A stretch of DNA of 64,000 nt from a virus: the IMG/VR virus record IMGVR_UViG_3300037264_004862, positions 1 through 64,000 of that record. One strand, 5' to 3'. Of the stretch, positions 18,428 to 27,306 are shown piece by piece. Both the position numbers and the translations under genes were made by a program. Each line of letters opens with the position of its first letter. The stretch's first letter is position 1. The notes beneath the pieces were generated by a model that ran no database searches, had not been told where the DNA came from, and was given only the letters and a program-made list of their open reading frames with translations.

Positions 18428-18600
18428 GTGTCCTCCTCGTCTAAAAATCCGATCGGCAGTTCGCCGGGCTTACAGGCGAGCCGTGCGCCGCGATAGCAGC
18501 CGAGCGAGAAGCGGTGCGTCTTCATCGCCCAATGGTGCCGGTGCAACCGGTCGATGAACGCGTTCGCGTCGTACAGCTCGATCGGACGGACAGTAAGCAT
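18412..18600 (-). pseudogene. truncated XF1762/Mom-like protein N-terminus
   Basis: LTVRPIELYDANAFIDRLHRHH...HRFSLG matches the family N-terminus but the GVAIVGRP core is missing. Confidence 0.55.
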
Positions 18601-18602
18601 AG

Positions 18603-18673
18603 AGCGGGGCGCCCGAGTTGAACGGACATCTCCCCGATGGAATCAGGGTGCGTTGACGTTACGCCAGCCCCGC
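18603..18673 (-). tRNA. atypical/degenerate tRNA-Gly(UCC), no encoded CCA
   Basis: GCGGGGC/GCCCCGC acceptor + U73, GCGT/ACGC D stem lacking the GG, CCCTG-ATTCCAT-CGGGG, GTCCG-TTCAACT-CGGGC. Confidence 0.65.
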
Positions 18674-18687
18674 TCTACGACTACGAT

Positions 18688-19011
18688 CTATCCTGTCGAC
18701 TCATGCATTTGGACTAGTAATTTTTCAAGTTTGTTAAAAAACTTTGGGTCCTCTACTATTAAAGCTTTCAGTTCTAAAAGATTCCTATCCCAATTTTTAA
18801 TCCCATTATTGTTAATGTAGAGGCGCATCCCCATGTCGCCGTGCTTGGTCCAATAGCGATTTGGGCATGAATAAGTGATATAATGCGTGGGAAAGCGTGC
18901 TTCATTATCATCAATTTGACGATCTATGACAATGAAATGATCACGAAGAATTGGATGTTCACAAATCCAGCCCTCAATCAGATGCGGCAGCTTTATAATT
19001 TCGGTTATCAT
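18688..19011 (-). CDS. LIxxWL...DPxFF family protein
   Basis: HLIEGWICEH ... VEDPKFFNKLE. Confidence 0.8.
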   Translation of the reverse strand: MITEIIKLPHLIEGWICEHPILRDHFIVIDRQIDDNEARFPTHYITYSCPNRYWTKHGDMGMRLYINNNGIKNWDRNLLELKALIVEDPKFFNKLEKLLVQMHESTG

Positions 19012-19261
19012 ATGGAAAATATTTCCCTAAATGTTCAAATAGATTAGGGTCACTTATATTATATGTCTTAGCAGTCATGTCCGTATAAACATCTATATTT
19101 TGAGATACTATGACATAAGTGTTGTTTTCTTCATACCACAAATACAGACCTGGCCCTTTTGGTGGACGGACCCAATGTAATCGACCACTTATACACCAAA
19201 TGTTAGTAAGACTGTATCCGCGCTCCTGTAACCAAAACTGAATGAGTCCTGCTGCAGTCAT
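18974..19261 (-). CDS. LIxxWL...DPxFF family protein
   Basis: GLIQFWLQERG ... ISDPNLFEHL. Confidence 0.8.
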   Translation of the reverse strand: MTAAGLIQFWLQERGYSLTNIWCISGRLHWVRPPKGPGLYLWYEENNTYVIVSQNIDVYTDMTAKTYNISDPNLFEHLGKYFPYDNRNYKAAASD

Positions 19262-19608
19262 GCGGTATTTAAGAATCGTAAAATAAGCTTTTCGAGTTTC
19301 TTGAAGAATTTTGGATCTTCTGCTTTAATTATGTTGTTTCCATAAATAGACCTGATCGGTCCAGGCTGAAGAGCCATAAGATCCCAACGAAAAATCACTC
19401 TTGTCAACTCAATGGTTGCTATCCAGGTTTCTGGATCGTATATGTCATGCGGACGATGTTTCATTCTGATTTGGCCGACATCAGGTGGATAAAATAGGCT
19501 TCTATAATCTACGTTTTCCGTGTCTATGATAGATATGCGATCTCGTAACTTCGGTCGTGCCATCACCCAATCATGAATTAGATGACTTAAGTTCACAGCT
19601 TTTACCAA
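19258..19608 (-). CDS. LIxxWL...DPxFF family protein
   Basis: HLIHDWVMAR ... AEDPKFFKKLE. Confidence 0.8.
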   Translation of the reverse strand: MVKAVNLSHLIHDWVMARPKLRDRISIIDTENVDYRSLFYPPDVGQIRMKHRPHDIYDPETWIATIELTRVIFRWDLMALQPGPIRSIYGNNIIKAEDPKFFKKLEKLILRFLNTA

Positions 19609-19981
19609 ATTCCACCTTATGCATTAAGTACATTATGCGCTTTAGTTTAGTAAAAAATTCTGGATCACTCGATGGTATCTCTGCGGTCTTTTTAAGACCA
19701 ATCGAATTACCGGCATGCAGTTTAATGCGGTCATCAAGTATGAATGCTATTGGACGTCGACATAACTCTCCAGTAAAAATATATCGTTGAAACGCGGAGG
19801 TGCTGTGAACTGGACAGCAAATCATATTAAGTGAAGAAACTACAGTTGCTTGGTCGGTTAGTTTATTGATAGCATTATCGATTACAACAGAAAAATGCTC
19901 TACCAACAAAACATCAGCTATTAACCAATCATATATTAAATAATCTAAAGTAACCACAAACTTATTTCCCGTCGTTTTCAT
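19571..19981 (-). CDS. LIxxWL...DPxFF family protein
   Basis: YLIYDWLIAD ... SSDPEFFTKLK. Confidence 0.8.
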   Translation of the reverse strand: MKTTGNKFVVTLDYLIYDWLIADVLLVEHFSVVIDNAINKLTDQATVVSSLNMICCPVHSTSAFQRYIFTGELCRRPIAFILDDRIKLHAGNSIGLKKTAEIPSSDPEFFTKLKRIMYLMHKVEFGKSCELKSSNS

Positions 19982-20354
19982 CCCATTTACCTAATATGTT
20001 GAAATAAGTTGAACTGGATGGCGGAGACGACAATATCGTTAAAAGGCGCTCAAAAAAGTCTGGTTCGCAACAACTAAGAACTACAACATTAACTCCTATG
20101 GCCCATGTGCTATCTTCAAACTTATGGGCTGGTAAACAGTTCAATTTTTGTATACCTTCTTTATTAAAGACTCCAGTAGTCAAAATAATTATACTATTAA
20201 TATCATTGTTGTCTTCAGTAATATTAATAGTATATTTTGGATCTATATTAGGTAAATCAATATTAATGTTTTTTTTGTTAAAAGTAAATGTATATCCCCC
20301 GTTAGTAAGCCAATTAACAATAAGTTCAAGTAAATTAGGTACTTCAGGCTCCAT
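19962..20354 (-). CDS. LIxxWL...DPxFF family protein
   Basis: ELIVNWLTNG ... CEPDFFERL. Confidence 0.8.
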   Translation of the reverse strand: MEPEVPNLLELIVNWLTNGGYTFTFNKKNINIDLPNIDPKYTINITEDNNDINSIIILTTGVFNKEGIQKLNCLPAHKFEDSTWAIGVNVVVLSCCEPDFFERLLTILSSPPSSSTYFNILGKWDENDGK

Positions 20355-20589
20355 CTATAAACCTCTTCATTTTTTCAAATAGCTTCGGATCAGTCCAACT
20401 AAAAGACTCTATTACACCAGGCTTAGTCATCCACACAAAAACATTATCAACGGTAACGTCAATGCGTATCGAATATTTTCCAACAAACATGATTAAATAA
20501 TCATTTCTTATTTGTTGTATTAAATACGAAGTTTTATAGGTTTCTTGAATCCATGCGCGTATGATTTCTATTTCTTCGGATGTGTCCAT
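20344..20589 (-). CDS. LIxxWL...DPxFF family protein
   Basis: EIIRAWIQET ... WTDPKLFEKM. Confidence 0.8.
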   Translation of the reverse strand: MDTSEEIEIIRAWIQETYKTSYLIQQIRNDYLIMFVGKYSIRIDVTVDNVFVWMTKPGVIESFSWTDPKLFEKMKRFIDGA

Positions 20590-20945
20590 TTAGGTCTACA
20601 ATATTTATTATAATGATGATGGATTTCATATAATAGGCGTCTTAAATCGTCGAAAAAAGTAGGACTAGCCGCATTGATAGAGATCCACCGGTCGGAAAAT
20701 GAAGTGATCATCTCATCACCTATATCACTTTCTACGCTATCAATGCTTATCCAACAAGCAAATTGATCATATGAATGATAATTATTATCATGATAACATG
20801 AAAGATTTATAGAAGTAACAACACTATTAATAGAACGTTTAATTATGAAATGATTATTTAAGAATAAATCTTCTTTTAGCCAATTCTCTATGATATCAAC
20901 TAGCTTCGGATATTGGTCTATGGGCGTTTGTAGGTCAGAATTCAT
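20568..20945 (-). CDS. LIxxWL...PxFF family protein
   Basis: DIIENWLKED ... AASPTFFDDL. Confidence 0.8.
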   Translation of the reverse strand: MNSDLQTPIDQYPKLVDIIENWLKEDLFLNNHFIIKRSINSVVTSINLSCYHDNNYHSYDQFACWISIDSVESDIGDEMITSFSDRWISINAASPTFFDDLRRLLYEIHHHYNKYCRPKWTHPKK

Positions 20946-21017
20946 ATAATCGATATCGAATCTGGAGGCGTTGAAAACCCAATTTCACTAGTGTAACATC
21001 GATCATAACTTCATATT

Positions 21018-21146
21018 TCATAAGATCGATATACATAATTTGGTCATATTTCCATATCCCACTTTGATTAGATTTGGATATAAAAAATCATTGAAATCTT
21101 TTTGATTTCGTAGCCACTCGTTCACTATGTTAGCAAGGTCATTCAA
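21018..21146 (-). pseudogene. truncated member of the LIxxWL family
   Basis: LNDLANIVNEWLRNQ... stops after 42 codons with no DPxFF helix. Confidence 0.5.
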
Positions 21147-21384
21147 TACGCAATCCAACTATAAGTCTTTTCTTCAAAAGACTAAAAAATTTTGGGTTAC
21201 TAGCATACAAAGTACCTTTACTGGTAGTTATATAATTATCATTTACTACAAGCAATAACATTTTATGAGGATTGTTAACAAGACTTACTATTATGATACA
21301 CAGATTAGTTTTAGATAATTTAGCAATGCATTTAAATTCTAGTTGGTCAGCTAGCCATTGTTTAACTAGATCAAATAAGCTCAT
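21139..21384 (-). CDS. LIxxWL...PxFF family protein
   Basis: DLVKQWLADQ ... YASNPKFFSLL. Confidence 0.8.
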   Translation of the reverse strand: MSLFDLVKQWLADQLEFKCIAKLSKTNLCIIIVSLVNNPHKMLLLVVNDNYITTSKGTLYASNPKFFSLLKKRLIVGLRIE

Positions 21385-21617
21385 AAATCTTTCGCAAGTT
21401 TGGTATTTAAATACTTTCAGGCATCACTTTGTGTGTGATTTGATTTGTTTTATTATGACTTGTATCAAAAAGTTAGTTTTACGTTTTTTTGGTTCCCACT
21501 CTGCTGGATTTATAGTCACATGTGGATCAAAAGCCGTCAAAAAGAAATAAAACATACCTACAAATAGGACGAAAAATATTGCCAATCCTTTTATAGGGAG
21601 CCAAAATTTTTTATAGG

Positions 21618-21890
21618 TCATTTGTGTCGTTTAGATACTTTATCTATAAATGCCTTGAATTTTTCAAAGAATTCAGGGTCACCTATCGGAAGTGGCTTTG
21701 ATAGCTCTTTATAATCTGTAGTAGGTATGATTTTATAGTTGACTATGGCAGCTATTAATACTTCATTTTCGCTGTGGATTATATAGGCTCTTATAGCCCA
21801 ATGTGGGTAAGCAGGATCTGGAATACTCCAAACAAAATAAGTTGGGCAGTGCTCGGCTAGCCAATTATCAATAATAAGCTCAAGATTCAT
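21618..21890 (-). CDS. LIxxWL...DPxFF family protein
   Basis: LIIDNWLAEH ... IGDPEFFEKF. Confidence 0.8.
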   Translation of the reverse strand: MNLELIIDNWLAEHCPTYFVWSIPDPAYPHWAIRAYIIHSENEVLIAAIVNYKIIPTTDYKELSKPLPIGDPEFFEKFKAFIDKVSKRHK

Positions 21891-22188
21891 AGTATGTCAT
21901 TGTCCCAAACTCGTCTCGATCTAACACATAGACACAAAGCTTGAGGAATTTTTCCAGTTCATCAAAGAAATTGGGTCTCATGACTGATAACGGTCTAATA
22001 TAATCTATATCTGGCAATAAAATTGGAGAGACGCCATCTTTTTCAATATAAGCTATAAACGCTCTTGTATCTTTATGGTATATGATGTATGGTCTATGCT
22101 GGCCTCTATTATGTAATTGGAGTACTGAGAAGCCACTAATATCTTCTTCTTTCAACCATTCAGATATGAGTTCATCTAACGTAATCAA
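21880..22188 (-). CDS. LIxxWL...PxFF family protein
   Basis: ELISEWLKEE ... MRPNFFDELE. Confidence 0.8.
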   Translation of the reverse strand: MITLDELISEWLKEEDISGFSVLQLHNRGQHRPYIIYHKDTRAFIAYIEKDGVSPILLPDIDYIRPLSVMRPNFFDELEKFLKLCVYVLDRDEFGTMTYYES

Positions 22189-22460
22189 TGGTGGTACTCT
22201 TTATAATGGTTATCTAGGATATGCCAGAGTTTATCTAGAAATAAAGGGTCACCTGCCTGAACTTCTATGATGGGTCTTGTAAATGCTGCGATATGATCTG
22301 TGAAAATGGCGACAATATAGTCGTCGCCTTCAATCATCGGCCAACTGTGTTCACGACAAAAAACATAATCACAAAGTCCCCTATTTGGATATCGATAAAC
22401 GCCCCAGCCAATTGCTGGCTTTGACCGTAACCATGTCTCGATTAGGTCAGTAAGGGACAT
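22185..22460 (-). CDS. LIxxWL...DPxFF family protein
   Basis: DLIETWLRSK ... AGDPLFLDKL. Confidence 0.8.
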   Translation of the reverse strand: MSLTDLIETWLRSKPAIGWGVYRYPNRGLCDYVFCREHSWPMIEGDDYIVAIFTDHIAAFTRPIIEVQAGDPLFLDKLWHILDNHYKEYHH

Positions 22461-22652
22461 CTATAGTATGTTCACTTATAAATAGTTTCACCACACTTAG
22501 GGCATGTTGGATTCCAAAATTCACGAGTAGGCCATTTCTTAGATAGGAGAAGCTGCCACTCTAAACCGCAACACTCCCATATCCGTAATCTAAATATCCA
22601 TTTCTTGACTTCTGGGTGTTGCCATCGTTCTGTTCTAATTGTCATAATTGTC

Positions 22653-23009
22653 TTAGATATTTCTTAGAACTACTTTTGCCTCAGTGGTGCGATTTTCTAT
22701 ATGCCTAATTTGCTTATTAATTTCATCTTCAAGCTTTTCAAAAAATTCGGGATCATGTGCATTGATAGTATGCCTTACTTTATGGATATCTGAGTAACTG
22801 ACCTCGAATTCTGAAACATCTATTATCTCATAAAATAACCATTCAGGAAAATAGGGTCCATTTCCAGCACTCAAAAGACGTGTGTGATGGTATCTTATAG
22901 TGCAAGATACCGATTGGTCTCCGTCTCCCCAGTTGGTGAACCTGTGGATAGTGAGTTTGTCCATTTTCTTGGTTTCAAACCATTTCTCTATAAGGTCAGC
23001 TATAGTCAT
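22653..23009 (-). CDS. LIxxWL...DPxFF family protein
   Basis: DLIEKWFETK ... AHDPEFFEKLE. Confidence 0.8.
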   Translation of the reverse strand: MTIADLIEKWFETKKMDKLTIHRFTNWGDGDQSVSCTIRYHHTRLLSAGNGPYFPEWLFYEIIDVSEFEVSYSDIHKVRHTINAHDPEFFEKLEDEINKQIRHIENRTTEAKVVLRNI

Positions 23010-23078
23010 TTATAAATCTATCTATGCAAATAGTTCACGATGTAGTTTAAATACGATCAACAAATAATCTTAGACTAA

Positions 23079-23366
23079 TCAAATTTCTATGATGAAATAA
23101 TGAAGTCGACGATTAGCGCATTGTTCACACAAGATAGTCAAAAGTTTATCAAAGAAGTCTGGATCTGCTATGTTAAGTACAACCTTATTGAATTCACCAT
23201 GTTTGGGGGACCAATAATAAGCCGTATCATCGACGATCCTAATCCGATTTATACCAGAACTGTGGTAGTACTGGCACTCAATCATACTGCTGAGATCATT
23301 AACCTTATAGTGCGAACTCAACTTATTTTCTTTGAGCCATGCTTTAATGAGATCGTTTGTTTCCAT
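23079..23366 (-). CDS. LIxxWL...DPxFF family protein
   Basis: DLIKAWLKEN ... IADPDFFDKL. Confidence 0.8.
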   Translation of the reverse strand: METNDLIKAWLKENKLSSHYKVNDLSSMIECQYYHSSGINRIRIVDDTAYYWSPKHGEFNKVVLNIADPDFFDKLLTILCEQCANRRLHYFIIEI

Positions 23367-23680
23367 TATTTAATTGGTGTTTTACACCATTGTGTTTTAT
23401 TATGTGCTTTTATAATTGTTTCTCTCAAACATTCAAAAAAATTAGGTTGACTCGCTATTAATGTTACTATTTTAAGTGATCCTACGGATGGGCCGGTATA
23501 AAGATCTATGCCGTTAGAATAAATTTCGCCATAAATGAGCCCATTTAACGATACAAGATATGGGATGGGCCGTCGGCATAGGCCCATAATACAACAATTG
23601 CTCATAATAAAGTGCTTTGAGAGTTCGCTGTCGTCTTCGATCCACTTGCCGATCAATTCTTGTAGATTCAACATACTCAT
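23366..23680 (-). CDS. LIxxWL...PxFF family protein
   Basis: ELIGKWIEDD ... ASQPNFFECL. Confidence 0.8.
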   Translation of the reverse strand: MSMLNLQELIGKWIEDDSELSKHFIMSNCCIMGLCRRPIPYLVSLNGLIYGEIYSNGIDLYTGPSVGSLKIVTLIASQPNFFECLRETIIKAHNKTQWCKTPIK

Positions 23681-23726
23681 TTGTATATCAAATTTCGATA
23701 GATGTAATGTCTTATCTAAGATTCTA

Positions 23727-24047
23727 TTAAGTTTTTTGTGGCGTCTCTGGCGTTAGCTTCTCTTGAGCTCTTTTAGTTGATTGTCTTGTAAATTTGCGTT
23801 TTAAGGCTATGTCGTCTTTGTGAGTTTCGTTATGTCGACGTAATTTTTCTTTGGCTTCTTTAGACATTGGATGATGAATGCCTAATACTTTTCTAATCAG
23901 TTTTTCGGCTTGTCCATCATTTCCAGCTTTACGGGCGTCGATAACTTGTTGCCAGCCATCATTAGATAAGCAATCTTTTGAATGCCAATGGGCTTTTAAG
24001 TCAGCTATTTTATGGTAACCTGACTTTTTACAACTTCCGCAAACCAT
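23727..24047 (-). CDS. basic protein with C2H2-like Zn finger
   Basis: CGSC...LKAHWHSKDC; GGAG RBS. Confidence 0.6.
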   Translation of the reverse strand: MVCGSCKKSGYHKIADLKAHWHSKDCLSNDGWQQVIDARKAGNDGQAEKLIRKVLGIHHPMSKEAKEKLRRHNETHKDDIALKRKFTRQSTKRAQEKLTPETPQKT

Positions 24048-24089
24048 GACCTATTTCTCCATCAGGCTATAAACACTATTAATTAAATA

Positions 24090-24350
24090 CTAAAAAATAT
24101 TCTCTACACCTTCAATTGCTATTTCAAGTTTATTAAAGAATTCAGGGTCAGCCACTTCAAGTTCTAGTCCAGGATCTACAACTACCCAAGTATCACCAAT
24201 AGCTCCGAATTTATAATCATAACCAGTACTACGTGTAATAATAGTTAAATCATGACAATTTGCAGCAACATTTTTGGATATGAATATTCTGCTATGCTTG
24301 GTGCTACTACCAAGCCATGCAGCAATAGCACGAGGTAAATCTAATTCCAT
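24090..24350 (-). CDS. LIxxWL...DPxFF family protein
   Basis: RAIAAWLGSS ... VADPEFFNKLE. Confidence 0.8.
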   Translation of the reverse strand: MELDLPRAIAAWLGSSTKHSRIFISKNVAANCHDLTIITRSTGYDYKFGAIGDTWVVVDPGLELEVADPEFFNKLEIAIEGVENIF

Positions 24351-24356
24351 ATTATA

Positions 24357-24641
24357 TTATGGCCATATTTGATGACGCGCCTTTTTAAACTTGTCTTGGT
24401 ACCAAGCGGCATTCGAAAAATACTTGCGCAATAAATATTGATCTAATTTCGCAAAAAATTCTGGATCTGATGCACTTATGCCTGCAACGCTATCGTCTGC
24501 GATAGTTACATAAAGGTTGCTACCGATATAGATATGTGACATGGCTCGTCCTGGGCGTATGGAATTATCGACAACTCTAAGTCTTATCCATCCTGCAGTA
24601 GGAAGCCAATCACTAATTAATTGTGATAACGACACTGTCAT
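24357..24641 (-). CDS. LIxxWL...DPxFF family protein
   Basis: QLISDWLPTA ... ASDPEFFAKLD. Confidence 0.8.
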   Translation of the reverse strand: MTVSLSQLISDWLPTAGWIRLRVVDNSIRPGRAMSHIYIGSNLYVTIADDSVAGISASDPEFFAKLDQYLLRKYFSNAAWYQDKFKKARHQIWP

Positions 24642-25395
24642 GGGACTGAGCTCCAATTAGATCTAAAATCAGCTTTTTATATTCGTCTTTAGTCGGAAGA
24701 TTCTCATCAAGCTTGACTTGTCTACGTACAACTTTAACAACTTTATTTTCTCGCGGATTGAAACCGTCTTTAACATAGTTCTCCCAATATAGACCAGTAC
24801 CATGTTTCTGCCAAGCAGGAACCATATTAAAATCGACATTGCGTGCAGAGAGCACATGGAGCTTGTCGTCTACAGTTTTATTTTTAAGCATGGAAGATGC
24901 CTGACTAGAAGAATAGCCATGCGATCTGAGTGTCCAATATGCCCAACCGTTTAGAGCGCAACGCTCTGCGTCTGTCTGTCTCCATCGGAAGTAATCTACA
25001 ACCTTTGGTTCGGTAGTACCAACCCAAATACGGCTATCGAAATGGCCTCTTAAGTTTGCTTGTTCGCTAAAAGCAACGCTTGCAATGCTTGCAGATAACG
25101 AAACCAGTTTTTCGAGCTCACGATCAAAAATTTTGAAGTTCTTATCTAACAGTATGGAAATTTCATCGCTTTCAGTAAATGCATAAATGCCATTGAATTC
25201 AACAAGTAGCATTTGAGCTACATGGACCATTATTCTATGGAACTCTATATCAAATGGTTTTGCAAAATGCTTTTCAGTAAGACCAGAAAAACCTCTGCCA
25301 TCTACACGAATAACAGGATATAAATCTGATCCGACTTTAATAGAATGAAAAACTTCGAATTTCCGCATTTCTTCTTCGAATTTGGTGTTGTTCAT
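24613..25395 (-). CDS. thg1: tRNA(His) guanylyltransferase Thg1-like 3'-5' polymerase
   Basis: IRVDGRGFS, KPFD, ESDEISI, FDSR, YFRWRQ.DA.R motifs. Confidence 0.92.
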   Translation of the reverse strand: MNNTKFEEEMRKFEVFHSIKVGSDLYPVIRVDGRGFSGLTEKHFAKPFDIEFHRIMVHVAQMLLVEFNGIYAFTESDEISILLDKNFKIFDRELEKLVSLSASIASVAFSEQANLRGHFDSRIWVGTTEPKVVDYFRWRQTDAERCALNGWAYWTLRSHGYSSSQASSMLKNKTVDDKLHVLSARNVDFNMVPAWQKHGTGLYWENYVKDGFNPRENKVVKVVRRQVKLDENLPTKDEYKKLILDLIGAQSHDSVVITIN

Positions 25396-25428
25396 ATAGC
25401 CTATATAGACCATGTTAAAATACTGTAG

Positions 25429-25785
25429 ATGTATCAATCATTTTATGAGCAAGGGGAAAATCTTACAGATGCCAAACTTATCGCAAATACCATAGACCAC
25501 GCATTAATGGCTCAGAAAATACAACTAGAAATGACTGTTCATTTCATGAACACAGGCTGTTTTATTACAATATTATTAGGAAATGGCCACGGTGCGTCAT
25601 GGAACATTAATTGGGCATTAAATAGCCCATATCAATTAGACACAGGTGTTGGGTTTTTGTCTTTGGCTGATCCAAACTTCGAGGCCAAACTGGCCGATCA
25701 TATCACTAAGATTGCGATGGTCATGACCCGGTTTTGTGGGTGCTCGGAGTGTGATCGGAGGGTGGTATTTGATTTTGGATATTAA
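25429..25785 (+). CDS. divergent member of the DPxF paralog family, opposite strand
   Basis: LSLADPNFEAKLADHI. Confidence 0.55.
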   Translation: MYQSFYEQGENLTDAKLIANTIDHALMAQKIQLEMTVHFMNTGCFITILLGNGHGASWNINWALNSPYQLDTGVGFLSLADPNFEAKLADHITKIAMVMTRFCGCSECDRRVVFDFGY

Positions 25786-25895
25786 ACATCTCAGCAAGCT
25801 GCATACGGATTGTCATAAGATCAAAAGGCGTTCTAGCTGGGTCCATAGCATACGTAAGTAGCTCTAAAGACACAGACGCTAATTCTTTATAATGC

Positions 25896-26540
25896 TCACA
25901 GTTTGGACACTTTGTCGATTCCATGTTGTTGACATTGTCTTTTTGATCCACAAAAGCACTCCTTTTTAAGATATTGCTCTAATGTAATTGGGTCAGAAAT
26001 AATTTTTAATAACTCATTATATTTATCTTGTGCTTGAAAAAGGCGCTCTTCTAAATTAGCCATTCTCATGATTCCATTAGAAGTCATATCACGTGATAAA
26101 ATTTCTTTCGAAAAGGAGATAAGTCCACTTAAGCTGCCTTCTTTATATGGACAAACTGCCATATGGTCTTCACATCCTTCGACAAGGTGTTTCAAAGCTT
26201 TGTTTACTAATGCTGACGCTGCATCGTTAGGTACAATTATTAACTGATTGTTTGTGCTCCATGGGAAAAATTGAATTGGGCTATAAGTGGTGCCACGAAT
26301 TTGACGTACAAATTGTAAGGCCACATAAACTATGAACCCCAATACTAATAAGGGCCAAACTAGAGCCGATAATTGGGTGCCCAACATAAGAAAATCGCCC
26401 CAAATTGTTGAGCACCAACATTCCATAAATGATTTGTGGTCATGGTGCGCCTTAATGTGTGCAGAGAGCTTTACGTTACAATATAAGCCTAACATTAGTC
26501 CTATTATGATATAAACAACAGACCAAAAAAGAATAATCAT
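25896..26540 (-). CDS. membrane protein
   Basis: Two hydrophobic segments incl. LVWPLLVL. Confidence 0.6.
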   Translation of the reverse strand: MIILFWSVVYIIIGLMLGLYCNVKLSAHIKAHHDHKSFMECWCSTIWGDFLMLGTQLSALVWPLLVLGFIVYVALQFVRQIRGTTYSPIQFFPWSTNNQLIIVPNDAASALVNKALKHLVEGCEDHMAVCPYKEGSLSGLISFSKEILSRDMTSNGIMRMANLEERLFQAQDKYNELLKIISDPITLEQYLKKECFCGSKRQCQQHGIDKVSKL

Positions 26541-26607
26541 TCAATACCCGATAAATACCATTTTATGGTTTTCATAAGGCCATAAGAACAGTAGTTGCTT
26601 TAAATTT

Positions 26608-27306
26608 TTAAAATACGCTCTGCCTTGGAGATGGGCGATGTGGGCATATTCCATTATTTATGTGCTTGCCCCAATTACAACTCATACACAATACTTGATA
26701 ACCAAGTGGGAAATTATTTTGTCTTAGATATCGATATATTTTAATGCCTGTCCCAGTTCCTTTTAATGTACGACGGTGATTTGCCCCATTTTCGTTAATA
26801 TGATCGATTGTAAGTAATGTAATATTATTTATATTACAACACCTGCATGATCCACCATAATTATTAATAACTTCAGTTTTTACTCGTAATGCTTCATTAT
26901 TTCGTCTGATACATCGCAAATCGTCTTTTAAATTAAACGAATTAATATATTTAAGATAATTACAGTTCCAACATAATATTTGAAATCCTGGCGGAAAGTT
27001 ATTTATAACAAGCCATCTACATAAACTAGTCAGACCAAGTTTCTGTCGGTGTGCTTTACCATTCATGTTAATATGGTCGACAGTTAATAATATTGGATTG
27101 GCTTCTCCACATATGCATTTACTATTATAATGTTCTAATATTGCTGATTTGGCGTTATATCGTGTTTTTCGTGCACATCGATTATCATTGTCAACACATA
27201 TTTCACATTTTGCATGATTTAGTTTTAATATTCTACTACATCTACAGCGTCCTATAAGACGATATTTCTGTCTAGACTTTAACGAATATTTATATTGTGG
27301 TGTCAT
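26608..27306 (-). CDS. HNH homing endonuclease-like protein with two tandem HNH domains
   Basis: CICGE...LTVDHI...FQILCWNCN and CRCC...LTIDHI...YQVLCMSCN. Confidence 0.8.
   Translation of the reverse strand: MTPQYKYSLKSRQKYRLIGRCRCSRILKLNHAKCEICVDNDNRCARKTRYNAKSAILEHYNSKCICGEANPILLTVDHINMNGKAHRQKLGLTSLCRWLVINNFPPGFQILCWNCNYLKYINSFNLKDDLRCIRRNNEALRVKTEVINNYGGSCRCCNINNITLLTIDHINENGANHRRTLKGTGTGIKIYRYLRQNNFPLGYQVLCMSCNWGKHINNGICPHRPSPRQSVF

Noticed and set aside
17597-18444. Several overlapping Arg/Ala-rich ORFs in the GC island
   Set aside because: Alternative frames of high-GC DNA; only 17684-18427 has an RBS and protein-like composition.
15255-24656. Diversity-generating retroelement as the source of paralog variation
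   Set aside because: No reverse transcriptase and no template/variable repeat pair with adenine-specific differences in this window.
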